A stretch of DNA of 64,000 nucleotides from an uncultured Puniceicoccaceae bacterium (GCA_963933835.1 CAWVVV010000002.1:224001-288000), one strand, 5' to 3'; positions 41,817-52,049 are shown, counted from the first letter of the stretch. A program made the numbers and translations. Notes: generated by a model not told the origin, from the sequence alone.

Positions 41817-42836
41817 TTATCGTGGTGGAGGAGCACTGCGGTTGTTGGATGAACGCTGAGGTGGTGGACTAGAGGGTGCACTGCGTGGATTGCTTCGGGC
41901 GGCGGGCTGGCGGGATTGTTTGGGCGCCCGTGCAGCAGGAGCTGAACTAGGAGCACGAGAGGCTGGCCGCGTCGCAGGCGGTGATTTACTTTCACGTGTC
42001 TGTGGACGAGCGCTTGGAGACTTCGTGGGCGCTGTGCGTGACGGTTGGCGTGTAGTGGGAGTTTCATTACGACTTGGCGGTCGAGCGGATGGGCTCTTGC
42101 CGCGTTTTGGTGGCACACTTTGTGGACGGTTGCGTGGAGCGCCCGGGGGCGTTGTGCGCGGAGGTGCATTGGGTGGGCGGCCTTTCGGCGTTACGCGTGG
42201 CGGGAGTCCTGGCGGTTGGCGGTAGGTGCGCGAGTGGGGTGGATGCGGAACTGCTTTTGGGCGTTCGTGATACCACTTTGGCCGTGGATGATGGTAGCGC
42301 TTGGGCTGAGGTATCCAGTAGTAGTGTGGGGTAATCGGGCGTCCGCAGAAGATGCGGGGGAGGATCCGGCCGGGTCCGATCTGGATACTGATCGAGACCT
42401 CCGGGTCGCGGTAGCTGACGAAAGCCGAGCGCGCGCGGTTGTGCCAGCAGAAGCTGCTGTAGTTGTTCAGGCGCATGCGGTAATCGCTCAGGTCCGGAAT
42501 GTCGCGGTAGACATCTAGCTGGTGTCCCCAGAGGCCAGTCTCGTCGAAGAGGACGGTGCTGACCGGACCAATCACTTCGATCGAGCGGACGCGAAAGACC
42601 CATTCGTAATGATCAAAATTATCGATTTGTTCGCCCGGGTAGAGAATGAGCGAGCGTCCGCGATAATGGCTTTGCTCGTAGAGAATGATGGCGGCCTCGA
42701 AGTCATTGTATTCGTAATCTGACCTCCATTTCAGTTCGAGGCGAAAGTCGTCAACAAGGCCTCCGGCATGGGCAGTGCCATGACCGAGGAGGGCAACAAG
42801 GCCGACGACGAGAGTTTGGGTGAGTTTTAAGTTCAT
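41817..42836 (-). CDS. Secreted beta-gamma-crystallin-like protein with a long Pro/Arg-rich disordered tail
   Basis: Signal peptide ending AHA; ILYEQSHYRG...VRSIEV...WHNRARSA Greek-key pattern; low-complexity C-terminus. Confidence 0.7.
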   Translation of the reverse strand: MNLKLTQTLVVGLVALLGHGTAHAGGLVDDFRLELKWRSDYEYNDFEAAIILYEQSHYRGRSLILYPGEQIDNFDHYEWVFRVRSIEVIGPVSTVLFDETGLWGHQLDVYRDIPDLSDYRMRLNNYSSFCWHNRARSAFVSYRDPEVSISIQIGPGRILPRIFCGRPITPHYYWIPQPKRYHHPRPKWYHERPKAVPHPPHSRTYRQPPGLPPRVTPKGRPPNAPPRTTPPGAPRNRPQSVPPKRGKSPSARPPSRNETPTTRQPSRTAPTKSPSARPQTRESKSPPATRPASRAPSSAPAARAPKQSRQPAARSNPRSAPSSPPPQRSSNNRSAPPPR

Positions 42837-42899
42837 GTGGGTGTACTTTCTATTTGGATGGCGCAAAGGGCCATGGATGAGCTGCTGGTAGCGCTAAGC

Positions 42900-43523
42900 T
42901 TAGCGGATGTTCCAGCCGTAGGTGTCGTCGTAGAACCAGCGTTCTTGGGAGTTCTCGGTGTAGTAATAGTAGGCTTCGCCGCTGGGTCCGATGAGCCATG
43001 GGTAGATCGATGCGTTGGTGTAGACCCAGCCGAGGCTGATATCCCAGAGCCAGCCACCGACGGAGGGCTCATAGTCGCCTCCGTAGATCCAACCGAGACC
43101 TTGCTCGTGCCAGATCCAGCCGTCGGCTTCCCAGTAGACCCAGCTATCGAGGCTCGTGTCTTCGACCCAGCCAGTGAAGGGGGTGTATTCGACCCAGACC
43201 GAGGAGGCTTCGTCATTCCACTCATAAAGGGCATCGGTGTGATCGTTCAGAACGATGACGTCCCCTTGATAATTGGCGTGCTCGTAGAGGTAGACCGTGA
43301 CAGGTCCCCAAACAGCAACCGAGCCGACATCGTCGTTCCAGCTGTCGAAGAAGCCTTTCCAAAAGTCTTGGAGGTTCGGAATGCCTTCACCGGGGTAGAG
43401 CGCGAGGCTGTCGCCCCCGTAGTTGGCATGTTCGTATAGGACGACGCCTTCATAGTCGGAGGCGTGAGCGGAGCCGATGAGGAGGGCTCCGAGGAGAGAG
43501 GTTTGGGCGAGTCGTTGAATCAT
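42900..43523 (-). CDS. Secreted beta-gamma-crystallin protein with Trp-rich C-terminal repeats
   Basis: Signal peptide ending AHA; two LYEHANYxG...WNDxx(G/S)SV motifs; GW(I/V/L)(Y/W) repeats. Confidence 0.82.
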   Translation of the reverse strand: MIQRLAQTSLLGALLIGSAHASDYEGVVLYEHANYGGDSLALYPGEGIPNLQDFWKGFFDSWNDDVGSVAVWGPVTVYLYEHANYQGDVIVLNDHTDALYEWNDEASSVWVEYTPFTGWVEDTSLDSWVYWEADGWIWHEQGLGWIYGGDYEPSVGGWLWDISLGWVYTNASIYPWLIGPSGEAYYYYTENSQERWFYDDTYGWNIR

Positions 43524-43682
43524 TGAGCGTGTGGTTTGAAGTGAATTGAGCGCGTTGGGCGCTGTGAACCTACACCTATTAAAGCCGTTTTAGGGGCAAA
43601 AAACTCCCAAACCCTTCTCAATTCTTTTTCAGGCCTGTTACAGGAGAGTTAACCCATTGTAGTAGAATGAGATACCATCCAT

Positions 43683-43711
43683 TCCAGACTTTCTCCAAAC
43701 TCTCCCCAAAC
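43683..43711. promoter_or_regulatory. Three 11-bp-phased direct repeats in a divergent promoter region
   Basis: TCCAGAC 43683, TCCAAAC 43694, CCCAAAC 43705; another CCCAAAC at 43606 is 77 bp away and in phase. Confidence 0.45.
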
Positions 43712-43825
43712 AGCAAAATTTAGGCTGCCTAGGGCACTTTTGTGACTCTGTGCAGAAAAGAAGTATTCGTTCTTCTGAAAATGAACCTTTGCCCCGCCTT
43801 TTCGGACAGATAGCTTGCACACCTT

Positions 43826-44164
43826 ATGAAAGGGAGACTTTTCCAACTTGGCCTCTGGCCCTTGATTTTGCTCTACTTTTTCCTCCTGGGCGCGGCGCCA
43901 ATGGAAAGCACCCGGACGAGCCGCGCACTCTTCAGCCCAGAGCGCGAAGTCACGCCGACGATTCAGATCACGGGCACGCAGGTATCGGTTCAGCACCGAG
44001 CTACGGGTAGTGGCAAAATTCGTGGAACAGCCCTGAGGGGTCGGAGAACCTACGAATTTAAGAAAAGCGGGACCTACACCGTCGAACCCGGGACCTATAC
44101 CCACATCGTCTATGGACAAGTGCCTTCAGGCGGGACCCTCGAGAGCACAATTAGGTATCAATGA
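43826..44164 (+). CDS. Small exported beta-rich hypothetical protein
   Basis: N-terminal hydrophobic signal/anchor; ATGA overlap with the next gene. Confidence 0.7.
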   Translation: MKGRLFQLGLWPLILLYFFLLGAAPMESTRTSRALFSPEREVTPTIQITGTQVSVQHRATGSGKIRGTALRGRRTYEFKKSGTYTVEPGTYTHIVYGQVPSGGTLESTIRYQ

Positions 44165-45468
44165 ATTCCGACGGTGAGGTAGAAGCGGCCGGAGCAGCGC
44201 CGCAGTTTGAACTGGTTTTCAGCCCCCGAGCGCTTGTGCGCAGTCGCTTGGTCTTGGCTGATGGGGCGATCCTCGAAAGTGGACAAAAAGGAGCCGAGGT
44301 ACGCTGGCAGCAAGGCGCGATCGCTGTCTGTATTCTCGCCGTCTGGACGCGCTTGTGTGCTCTACGTGGCGACGACGAGCTGCCCTTGCTCCAAGGCTCG
44401 CGAGGGAGTCCGGCTCGGTCGATTGATAACTTACTCACGAAGCCGGGAGACTGGGCCCTGAACATGTTCGGAGAGCTTAATGGCCAGCCCGGTATCCGTG
44501 ATTTTATCTACCGCAAACGCGCGGTTTCAAAAAGCAACGCGGTCTCGGCGGTGCAGTGGGACGCGACTCATTTTCCTGCGAGCGCGATTCAAATCGTGAG
44601 GGAGAATGCCGCCCTCGAAACGGAGGCGGAACTCGCCGACCTGTTGCGCGTACTCTTAGAGGAGTTCAACCCGCGCCGAGTGGAGAAAGAGTGGGCTCTG
44701 CTCTTTCCCGATCTGCCTTCGGCGGGACCGAGCGAAGCTTCGCCGATTGTCAGCGACGAGGCAGAATCCCAGCGCCCTTGGCTACTCTTGGCCTCCTTGT
44801 TTGTTTTTGTCGCGCTGGGTTTCTATTTTCTTGGTCAGTCGATGAGCATCGCACCTCGACCCGTTCCACTTGTAGCAGGCGTTTCGGCCTCTGCCAGTGC
44901 GGGCACGCTTGAGGCCTTTATTGACTATCTCAATGCGCAGGAGCTGGAGGCAGCTTACGGATTTACGAGCGCTGCTTACCGAGAGGAACTCTCGCCTGAG
45001 GCATTCGCCGTCGCGCTCGGCGGGCAGCGGTTCAACTTTCCCCGGATCGCTGGCAATCCTTACCGTAATTTGCAGGGACAGCGCGTTCACGAGTATCGCG
45101 TCACGCTCTATGTTGAGACAGAAGTGCATCGCATTCCCGCACTGGAGGGCCTGAGCCGGACGCCTGTGACGGAGATCGATGCCTATGCCGAGGCTTTGAA
45201 GCAGTTTACGGAGGAGCTGACAACGGCCGGAGTGGATCCATCTTTCATTCGGCAGCTCAAAAAAGAGCGCTTGGAGCGGTCAGACGCCTCCCGTTACGTG
45301 CAATTGATCTGTGGCTTGAACGCGTCTCAGATGACGGAACTTTATCCAGAAACGCTCACCGTGACGCTTGATTTGACTTACTTTTTCGAGCTCTTGCAGG
45401 ATCCGCTCGATGGGACTTGGCGGGTTCAGAGTGTTTCGGATGCGGCTGACCGCCTAGTGGCGTTTTAG
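44161..45468 (+). CDS. Single-pass membrane protein: cytoplasmic N-domain, TM helix, NTF2-like external domain
   Basis: Central TM WLLLASLFVFVALGFYFLG; FIDYLNAQELEAAYGFTS...GTWRV resembles NTF2-like folds. Confidence 0.75.
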   Translation: MNSDGEVEAAGAAPQFELVFSPRALVRSRLVLADGAILESGQKGAEVRWQQGAIAVCILAVWTRLCALRGDDELPLLQGSRGSPARSIDNLLTKPGDWALNMFGELNGQPGIRDFIYRKRAVSKSNAVSAVQWDATHFPASAIQIVRENAALETEAELADLLRVLLEEFNPRRVEKEWALLFPDLPSAGPSEASPIVSDEAESQRPWLLLASLFVFVALGFYFLGQSMSIAPRPVPLVAGVSASASAGTLEAFIDYLNAQELEAAYGFTSAAYREELSPEAFAVALGGQRFNFPRIAGNPYRNLQGQRVHEYRVTLYVETEVHRIPALEGLSRTPVTEIDAYAEALKQFTEELTTAGVDPSFIRQLKKERLERSDASRYVQLICGLNASQMTELYPETLTVTLDLTYFFELLQDPLDGTWRVQSVSDAADRLVAF

Positions 45469-45579
45469 ACGAGGCTGTGAGCAGATATTTGATCCATTGG
45501 TAAAAGTTCGATTTTCCCCTGTATATAAGAGGAGAAAAAGTGGATTTACGACCCGCCGAACCGTTGTTTGTAAATTGAT

Positions 45580-45822
45580 ATGCGGCCGCTTTTTGTATGG
45601 AACGGACGCTCAGGCGAAGCGAGAGGACCCTCCGAACTCAATACGGGGAACAAGCGCCGCCTTAGAGATTATGCAGTGCTTGCGGGTGGACTCAATCTCG
45701 GGCTGGCAACCGCTTTCTTACTGCTACCGGCGGCGCCTATCGCCGTGACCGTACTCATCTCCGGTTTTGTCGGCGGGAACATCACCTTGAGCTGGATCTT
45801 CGGCGTAGTCCTTAATTACTAG
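45580..45822 (+). CDS. Small two-TM hypothetical protein, possibly 5-prime truncated
   Basis: RRLRDY followed by two hydrophobic segments. Confidence 0.45.
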   Translation: MRPLFVWNGRSGEARGPSELNTGNKRRLRDYAVLAGGLNLGLATAFLLLPAAPIAVTVLISGFVGGNITLSWIFGVVLNY

Positions 45823-46484
45823 AGGGCGTCGAGCAGTTCTTCGATCTTGGTTACAACTTCGGCGAGGCTGAGGTTCGAATTATCGATTTTGATCGCGTCC
45901 GAAGTGGCGCTGAGCGGAGCCGTTTTGCGTTTCTCATCCATCTGATCGCGTTGAGCAATGGCATCGCTGATGCCCTCAGCTTGTCGCCTTTTTTCGCGCG
46001 TTTGAGCATCGGCGAAGAGAAAAAGCTTAAGGTCGGCGCCTGGCAGGATGACGCTCCCGATGTCGCGGCCGTCCATGATGATTCCGTTGAATCGGTTGCT
46101 TCGCGCAACCTCGACTTGCGATTTCTGATAGCGCTTTACCGCTTCGCGCACGGCGGGAATGGCGGCAAATTTCGATACGGCGGCATTCACCGCTTCGGTT
46201 CGGAGAGTCGCGTCTACGGGGACCTTGCCGTTGATCTTGAGCAAGCCGGAGCGTGTGGAGATTTCAGTCTCGAAAGTGAGGTCTGCAAGGAGCGATTCTA
46301 GCTCTGGTCCGGCGGTCGGTTCAATCGCCGCTTCGAGAGCGTGTGCAGTGACGGCGCGGTAGTGTGCTCCAGTGTCGATGTGGAGGAAGTGTCGACGCGC
46401 TGCGAGTTCGCGGGAGGATGAGGATTTACCCGAGGCAGCTCCGCCATCGAGGGCGATGACATGAAAGCGGTCGTTCTCAGGCAT
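45819..46484 (-). CDS. cmk: Cytidylate kinase
   Basis: IALDGGAASGKSS, DTGAHYRA, MDGRDIGSV, RDQMD. Confidence 0.96.
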   Translation of the reverse strand: MPENDRFHVIALDGGAASGKSSSSRELAARRHFLHIDTGAHYRAVTAHALEAAIEPTAGPELESLLADLTFETEISTRSGLLKINGKVPVDATLRTEAVNAAVSKFAAIPAVREAVKRYQKSQVEVARSNRFNGIIMDGRDIGSVILPGADLKLFLFADAQTREKRRQAEGISDAIAQRDQMDEKRKTAPLSATSDAIKIDNSNLSLAEVVTKIEELLDAL

Positions 46485-47811
46485 GGCTAGCAGTGTGAAG
46501 GGCTTGAAGCTTATCGAAGAAATCGGGGAAGGTCTTTTTACAGCAAAGAGGGTCGTGAATCTTTAGCCAAGGCGTTTGAGCACCAAGGAGATCGGCGCAG
46601 CCTAGAATGCCGAAACTCATCGCAAAACGATGGTCTTCGTAAGTCTCGATTTCAACGCCTTGCTGAGCGGCGGCGAGGAGGCGGTTGCGGTCAGGTGTGA
46701 TGTGGAGACTGTCCTCTTTTTCGATCACCTCGCAGCCAAGCTTGAGGAGCTCTTTAGCCATCGCAGCGACACGGTCGGTCTCTTGTTTTCGGGTGTGTGC
46801 GATCCCTTCAATATAGGTAGGTGTATCCAAAAGTGGCGACAGGGCAGCTAGAGTGAGAAAGGTATCCGAGAAGGTTTCGAAGTTTTCGTTCAGCCCGGCT
46901 CGATTTTCAGAGGCGGCCCTCACAGTCCATTGCTCGGCGGATTTAGTAATCGTCGCACCGAGCCGTTGCATGACCTCGGCAAAGGCCACATCTCCCTGAA
47001 GCATCTCTGGCTGAAGACCCGGCAGCTGAATTTGACCGCCGGTCACGATCGGAAGGGCGAGGAAGTAACTCGCCGCCGTCACATCGGGCTCAATCGCATA
47101 AACCCCGGGCGACCGATAGCCTGTGCCAGTCGGGACGATGAGGCGCCCAGCGCTGTCCTGTGAAACTTCGACCCCAAACTGCGCCATCATCTCAGTCGTT
47201 ATTTTGACAAAGGCAGGGCGCATCCCCTCGACCGCAAGTTGTAGAGGCGCCTTGCCATAGGGAGAGGCAAGGAGGAGCGACGAGACGAACTGGCTGCTCG
47301 CACTTGAATCGATTTGAGCCGGTCCACCGGAGAGCCCGCGGGTTTTGAGGCGGAAAGGGAAATGACCGGGCTCATCGCCGAAAATAATTTCAGCTCCCTG
47401 TGCTCGAAGGACATCAAGGAGTTCCTTCATCGGGCGTTTCCGCATCGGCGCATCGCCATCAAGCCGATACTTAGCCCAAGGATGTAGGGCGAGAAAGCTA
47501 GTGAGAAACCGTGCCGCCGTGCCTGCATTGCCGATATTGAAGTCTGCGGAGTGGGTTGACCACTTGCCGCCGGAGCCGACGACGACGACCTTCTTGGCTG
47601 TTTCATCAACAGTGATCTGCAAGCCGAGCTCCCCGAGTGCCTTCAGCATGATGCGGGTATCGCGGCTGAAGAGGACCCCCGTGAGTGTGGTTGTTCCCTC
47701 GGCCAAGGCGGCGAGGATCAGCGCTCGGTTTGTAAGGCTTTTCGAGCCGGGTAGCTCGACGGATCCATTGACCGCTGTGTTGAAAGGGAGGATGGGAAGC
47801 GGATCAGTCAT
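46477..47811 (-). CDS. aroA: EPSP synthase
   Basis: PGSKSLTNRAL, GNAGTAARF, SSQFVSSLL, RKQETDR, DHRFAMSF. Confidence 0.98.
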   Translation of the reverse strand: MTDPLPILPFNTAVNGSVELPGSKSLTNRALILAALAEGTTTLTGVLFSRDTRIMLKALGELGLQITVDETAKKVVVVGSGGKWSTHSADFNIGNAGTAARFLTSFLALHPWAKYRLDGDAPMRKRPMKELLDVLRAQGAEIIFGDEPGHFPFRLKTRGLSGGPAQIDSSASSQFVSSLLLASPYGKAPLQLAVEGMRPAFVKITTEMMAQFGVEVSQDSAGRLIVPTGTGYRSPGVYAIEPDVTAASYFLALPIVTGGQIQLPGLQPEMLQGDVAFAEVMQRLGATITKSAEQWTVRAASENRAGLNENFETFSDTFLTLAALSPLLDTPTYIEGIAHTRKQETDRVAAMAKELLKLGCEVIEKEDSLHITPDRNRLLAAAQQGVEIETYEDHRFAMSFGILGCADLLGAQTPWLKIHDPLCCKKTFPDFFDKLQALHTASHA

Positions 47812-48661
47812 CGTAACTACTCAATTCGCTGCGGTATCCGCGGCCTTCTTCGAGGAGGCCTTCGAGGCGATCGAAATCCTTGCTCTCGAGTGCATCGGTA
47901 AAGGCGGTCAGGCTGCCTTGAAAATCTTTTAGAACGTTGAGCAGGGCTTCGCGGTTTTGCAGGCAGATGTCCCGCCACATCTCCGGATGGCCAGCTGCCA
48001 CACGCGTCGTATCGCGTAGGCCTTGCCCGCAGGCTTCTTTCCAGGGGAGATCCGTGCGGCCAACCGTCACGCTCAGAGCGCTCGCGATAAAGTGGGGTAG
48101 GTGGCTGACCCGAGCAACGAGCTTGTCGTGAACATCGGGTGCGGCTTCGAGGATCTGCATGCCAACGCCTTCCCAGAGATCGCGGACGGTTTGGAAGGCT
48201 TGGTCAGGAGTTTCTTCCAGTGGCGTAATGAAGCAGGGGCTATTTTGAAAGAGGTCGCGCCTTGCGTGTTCCAAGCCGCTTTTTTCCGAGCCTGCCATCG
48301 GGTGAGAGCCGACAAAGAAGCAGCCCTCGGGCAATGAGTTTGGAGCCTCGTGACTGATGACCGCTTTTGTGCTGCCAACATCGGTCACCACAGCACCGGG
48401 CTTGAGGATCGGCGAGATCTCGCGGATGAGAGGCAAGATGTGTTCCACCGGCGTGCAGACGACGACGAGATCGGCTTCGCGAGCGGCTTCAGCTGCGGTA
48501 TCGAAGGTGGCATCGCACCAATTGCCATTTGCGCATGCCTGGCGAATGGCGGGGCGGCGCGCCCAGACAACGATACGCTTAGCTAGACCTTTTTCGTGGC
48601 AAGCCATCCCGAGGGAGCCGCCGAGTAGTCCGGGTGCGAGGATGGCGAGGGTTTCAATCAC
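47804..48661 (-). CDS. tyrA: Prephenate/arogenate dehydrogenase
   Basis: GLLGGSLG, TDVGSTK, HPMAGSEKSG, SHLPH, DTTRVA. Confidence 0.95.
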   Translation of the reverse strand: MIETLAILAPGLLGGSLGMACHEKGLAKRIVVWARRPAIRQACANGNWCDATFDTAAEAAREADLVVVCTPVEHILPLIREISPILKPGAVVTDVGSTKAVISHEAPNSLPEGCFFVGSHPMAGSEKSGLEHARRDLFQNSPCFITPLEETPDQAFQTVRDLWEGVGMQILEAAPDVHDKLVARVSHLPHFIASALSVTVGRTDLPWKEACGQGLRDTTRVAAGHPEMWRDICLQNREALLNVLKDFQGSLTAFTDALESKDFDRLEGLLEEGRGYRSELSSYDD

Positions 48662-48776
48662 AATATGCAGTCGTATGCGAATTACGCCTTTTGGCTTTGA
48701 CGCAGCCTAGGCAGTTCATGGAAGTGTTGGAAGCATTCGTAGTGCCCATCTTCTGACAAGTTGATTCGCTGAAACT

Positions 48777-50554
48777 GTGAGCTTCTTCAAAAAATACGGA
48801 ACCCGTTCCAACGAACGCCGCAAGGCCAAGCAAGAAGCCCTCGTTATCGGGCTCCTCCTCGGCGTTGGCGTACTTTTTCTCCTCGGTATGCAGTTGCTTT
48901 CGCAGCTCGGCCCGCAAGGTGCCTCCGACTCGAACCAAGAGGAAGCGGAGGCCTTCGAGCTCGAGCTTCATCAGCTTGAACAGCTCGTCAAAGAGGTAGC
49001 TAAGCTGCAGGAGCAGTTCGTCGCCGTGATCGCCGACGGCGACGTTTCGGAGAAAGATCTGGAACTCATGCAGTTGGCTATATCGAAACAGCGTGAGGTC
49101 AGCTCTACCGGCATCTACGGTGATTCGAGCGCGCTCGATAAATTGACTGGTATGGAGGCGCAGTATCAGACCTATGCGGGTGCCACTTTACTAAAGTCCT
49201 CTGAGGCGCCGGAAGCAGAGGCAGAGCAGGCTTTCAATCAAGGCCGAACAGAGGAATGGCCTCGCTGCCCTGAACAAGGATTCAGCTTCAAGAGGACATT
49301 AACACGCTGTATGCACGGGGTGAGCACCGCAGTGTTATGCGTGTTCGTCAGCTGCAAATGCAGCGCGAGAATTTGGAAGCAGCTCCCCTCGCGAGTCGAG
49401 CTATAGAACTGGCTCAGGAGGCTAAGCTGATGATTACGGAAGGCGAGGCAGATGCCGCCATCCCGCTTCTCCGGGAAGCCGCTGAGCTCCATGCCACTTT
49501 GCAGCGCGATTTCCGCGCGAGTCGCTACAACAGCCGTTCGGATCAACGTGAAGTCGCCACTCTCCTTATTGATGCGGAGGCGTCGGGACTCGCTTCTAGG
49601 CGCAATGCTTTGAAAGCTGAGGCGACTGCGCTGATTGAAGCAGGCGAATACGTTGTTGCGGCGGAACGGCTTGAGGAAGCCCGTGATGTTCAGCGCGAGC
49701 TCACGGCGCAGTTTCCAGACAGCTCAGAGGCGGGATCAGGTTTACTCGAAGAGCTCGAGGGCGAGCGCCAATCCGTTCTCAGCGCGAGCACGGCTGATAG
49801 TATTCAAAAGGTCCGCGCTCAGCTCATTGCTCTTTTGCAGGCGCGCGAAGGTCGCGATGCGAGTCCACTTGCAGCGGACTTCTTTCGCGGTGTTGAACAG
49901 CTGCATGCTAACTTTTCTGCTAGTCGCCATCTCAATCCGGAATGGTTGCTTGAGTCGCGTTATTTGAATTTGAAACGGGATGACCTCGGGACGATTCAGG
50001 ATGCGGTTTACAGCCGGCTAGTGCCGTTGCCTGGCTCAGCCGATAAGAAGATGCTCTCAAACGAGGTCTCGCAGATCCTCTTCCAACTCGTGATGGGCGC
50101 CAATCCTTCCAGCCAGTCAGGGAATCAGTTGCCGGTCGACTCGATCGATTTTAGCGCGGCGCAGGAGTTTTGCCAGCGTTTGAGCTGGATCATGGCATTT
50201 GAAGTTAAGCTTCCGACGAGAGAGGAATACCAAGCTGCGCTCGGCGAAGTTGATCGAGCCTTAGTGATGCGCATGGCGTGGTCGAGCCAAAATGCGGAGC
50301 GCCGCACGCATATCGTCGGCACCCGCGAAGCGAATACGTTTGGTTACTTCGATTTGCTCGGCAACGCAAGCGAGTGGACGGCTGATCGCCGGACAAATGA
50401 CGAACGCCAAATCCTTGTCTGGGGTGGGTCGGTGCGTGATACGCTGGAAAGCCTGACGCGTGTTCCTGCCGTCTTTGTTTCGTTGAACGAGCGCTCCCGT
50501 TTCACCGGATTTCGCTTTGTAGTGGATTTTTCAGACGCATCAACCGCTGAGTAA
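48777..50554 (+). pseudogene. Membrane-anchored helical protein with C-terminal FGE/SUMF1 domain, split by indels near 49257-49279
   Basis: ORFs 48777-49406 and 49337-50554; LPTREEY, NTFGYFDLLGNASEW, TGFRFV; rejoined reading GRTEE-GLAALNK-x-IQLQEDIN. Confidence 0.75.
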
Positions 50555-50557
50555 GTG

Positions 50558-50713
50558 ATGAGTAGCGAACAGGATCCTGAGCTCGATTTGGTCGAGCCGA
50601 TGACGCTAAAAGCAAGATGCCACCGGCGCATCATTTTTGCCGTCATGTTGCTCTTCTGCGCCGTTCCGATCATTCTTCTTCTCCTGAAGCTTCCGCCTCC
50701 GGAATCGCCTTAG
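50558..50713 (+). CDS. 51-aa single-TM protein (below the ORF-track length cutoff)
   Basis: MSSEQDPELDLVEPMTLKARCHRRIIFAVMLLFCAVPIILLLLKLPPPESP; starts 3 bp after the upstream stop. Confidence 0.55.
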   Translation: MSSEQDPELDLVEPMTLKARCHRRIIFAVMLLFCAVPIILLLLKLPPPESP

Positions 50714-50735
50714 GCATCGAAATTATAGACGCTTT

Positions 50736-52049
50736 TTAGTCTTCGAGGGCTAGGCCAGTTTGCTCGGCCACTTCCTTCTTCTTGGGGTCAAGACGAAGGG
50801 TGCCATCGATCCATTCGAGTTCCAGTTTTGCGTTCTTTGGCAAGTGGGCCCGGCGCGTAATGAGGTTTTGCTTACGGTCGCGCACGAGGACGTAGCCGCG
50901 GCGCAGTGGTGCTTCCGGGCTGGATTGAGTGAGTCGCGATGCGAGCTGCCCGAGAAGTTGCCGAGCGTGTTTAATCGGGAGCTCAGGAGAATGTTTCGAC
51001 AAGCTTAGGTGCTTTTTTGCGAGCTCAAGTCGAGACGCTTGAAGTTTAGCGACGCCTTTTTGGGCGAGCTGGGTTCGGAGGTCATCTAGCTTCAGCCATG
51101 CTTGCTCGATACGATGCTGTGGTGTTTGACGCTCGAGAGTGATCTTCATCCGTTCGATGCGTTCAGCTTCAAATTTTAAGCGCTGATCGACGAGGCGGCG
51201 CAGACGCTGACGGAAGGTATCGATACTCTCGTGGAACTCGACGAAGTTACTCGTTAAGAGTTCAGCGGCGGCGGAGGGTGTTTCTGCTCTTTGGTCGGCA
51301 GCAAAGTCGCTCAACGAATAGTCAATTTCGTGTCCGACGGCAGAAATGATGGGAAGGGAGCTTGCCGCGATCGATCGCGCGACGGCTTCTTCATTAAACG
51401 GCCAAAGGTCTTCGAGACTCCCACCGCCACGGGTCAAAATGATGACATCTCCCAGATTTTCGGCGTTTGCTTTTTCAATCATCGCGACAATTTCCAGGGC
51501 GGCTTCTTTTCCCTGCACGCGGACCGGTAGAATGCGAACGTGGCCGCGCCACTCCCGACGTTGGAGAATGCTGACAAAGTCTTTGAGCGCCGCTCCCGTA
51601 GCCGAAGTGATGACGGCGAGGCGTGCTGGAAGCTTCGGAATCAGTTGTTTGCGCTCGCGGTCGAAGAGCCCCTCAGCCGCGAGTTTGGCCTTGAGGGCTT
51701 CGAAGCGTTGGCGGAGGACGCCTTCCCCTCCTGGCTGTAGGATCCGGACGACAATTTGGTAATTACCCCGGGGGGGATAGACACTGAGCCCTCCGTAGAT
51801 GATCGCTTCCATCCCGTCGCTGATTTGGCCGCTGATCCGGCTCGCATCTCCGCGAAACATGACGGCGCTGATCTGCGCACCGTCATCTTTGAGGGTGAAG
51901 TAGAGGTGCCCGCTGGCCTGGCGGCGAAGGTTCGAAATCTCTCCGCGTATCCAAAATTCACCGACCGATCGCTCGAGCAAGGCCTTGATCTGGTGGGTCA
52001 AGGCGCTGACGCTCAGAAGCTCTTCTGGCGGCTCAGGCTCCAGCGACAT
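50736..52049 (-). CDS. xseA: Exodeoxyribonuclease VII large subunit
   Basis: GEISN, SGHLYFTLKD, RGGGSLEDLWPFNEE, SAVGHEID, TPSAAAE. Confidence 0.97.
   Translation of the reverse strand: MSLEPEPPEELLSVSALTHQIKALLERSVGEFWIRGEISNLRRQASGHLYFTLKDDGAQISAVMFRGDASRISGQISDGMEAIIYGGLSVYPPRGNYQIVVRILQPGGEGVLRQRFEALKAKLAAEGLFDRERKQLIPKLPARLAVITSATGAALKDFVSILQRREWRGHVRILPVRVQGKEAALEIVAMIEKANAENLGDVIILTRGGGSLEDLWPFNEEAVARSIAASSLPIISAVGHEIDYSLSDFAADQRAETPSAAAELLTSNFVEFHESIDTFRQRLRRLVDQRLKFEAERIERMKITLERQTPQHRIEQAWLKLDDLRTQLAQKGVAKLQASRLELAKKHLSLSKHSPELPIKHARQLLGQLASRLTQSSPEAPLRRGYVLVRDRKQNLITRRAHLPKNAKLELEWIDGTLRLDPKKKEVAEQTGLALED

Noticed and set aside
41817..42300. Repetitive-looking GC-rich stretch as DNA repeat or CRISPR
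   Set aside because: No fixed-length repeat-spacer pattern; it is low-complexity Pro/Arg/Ser coding sequence
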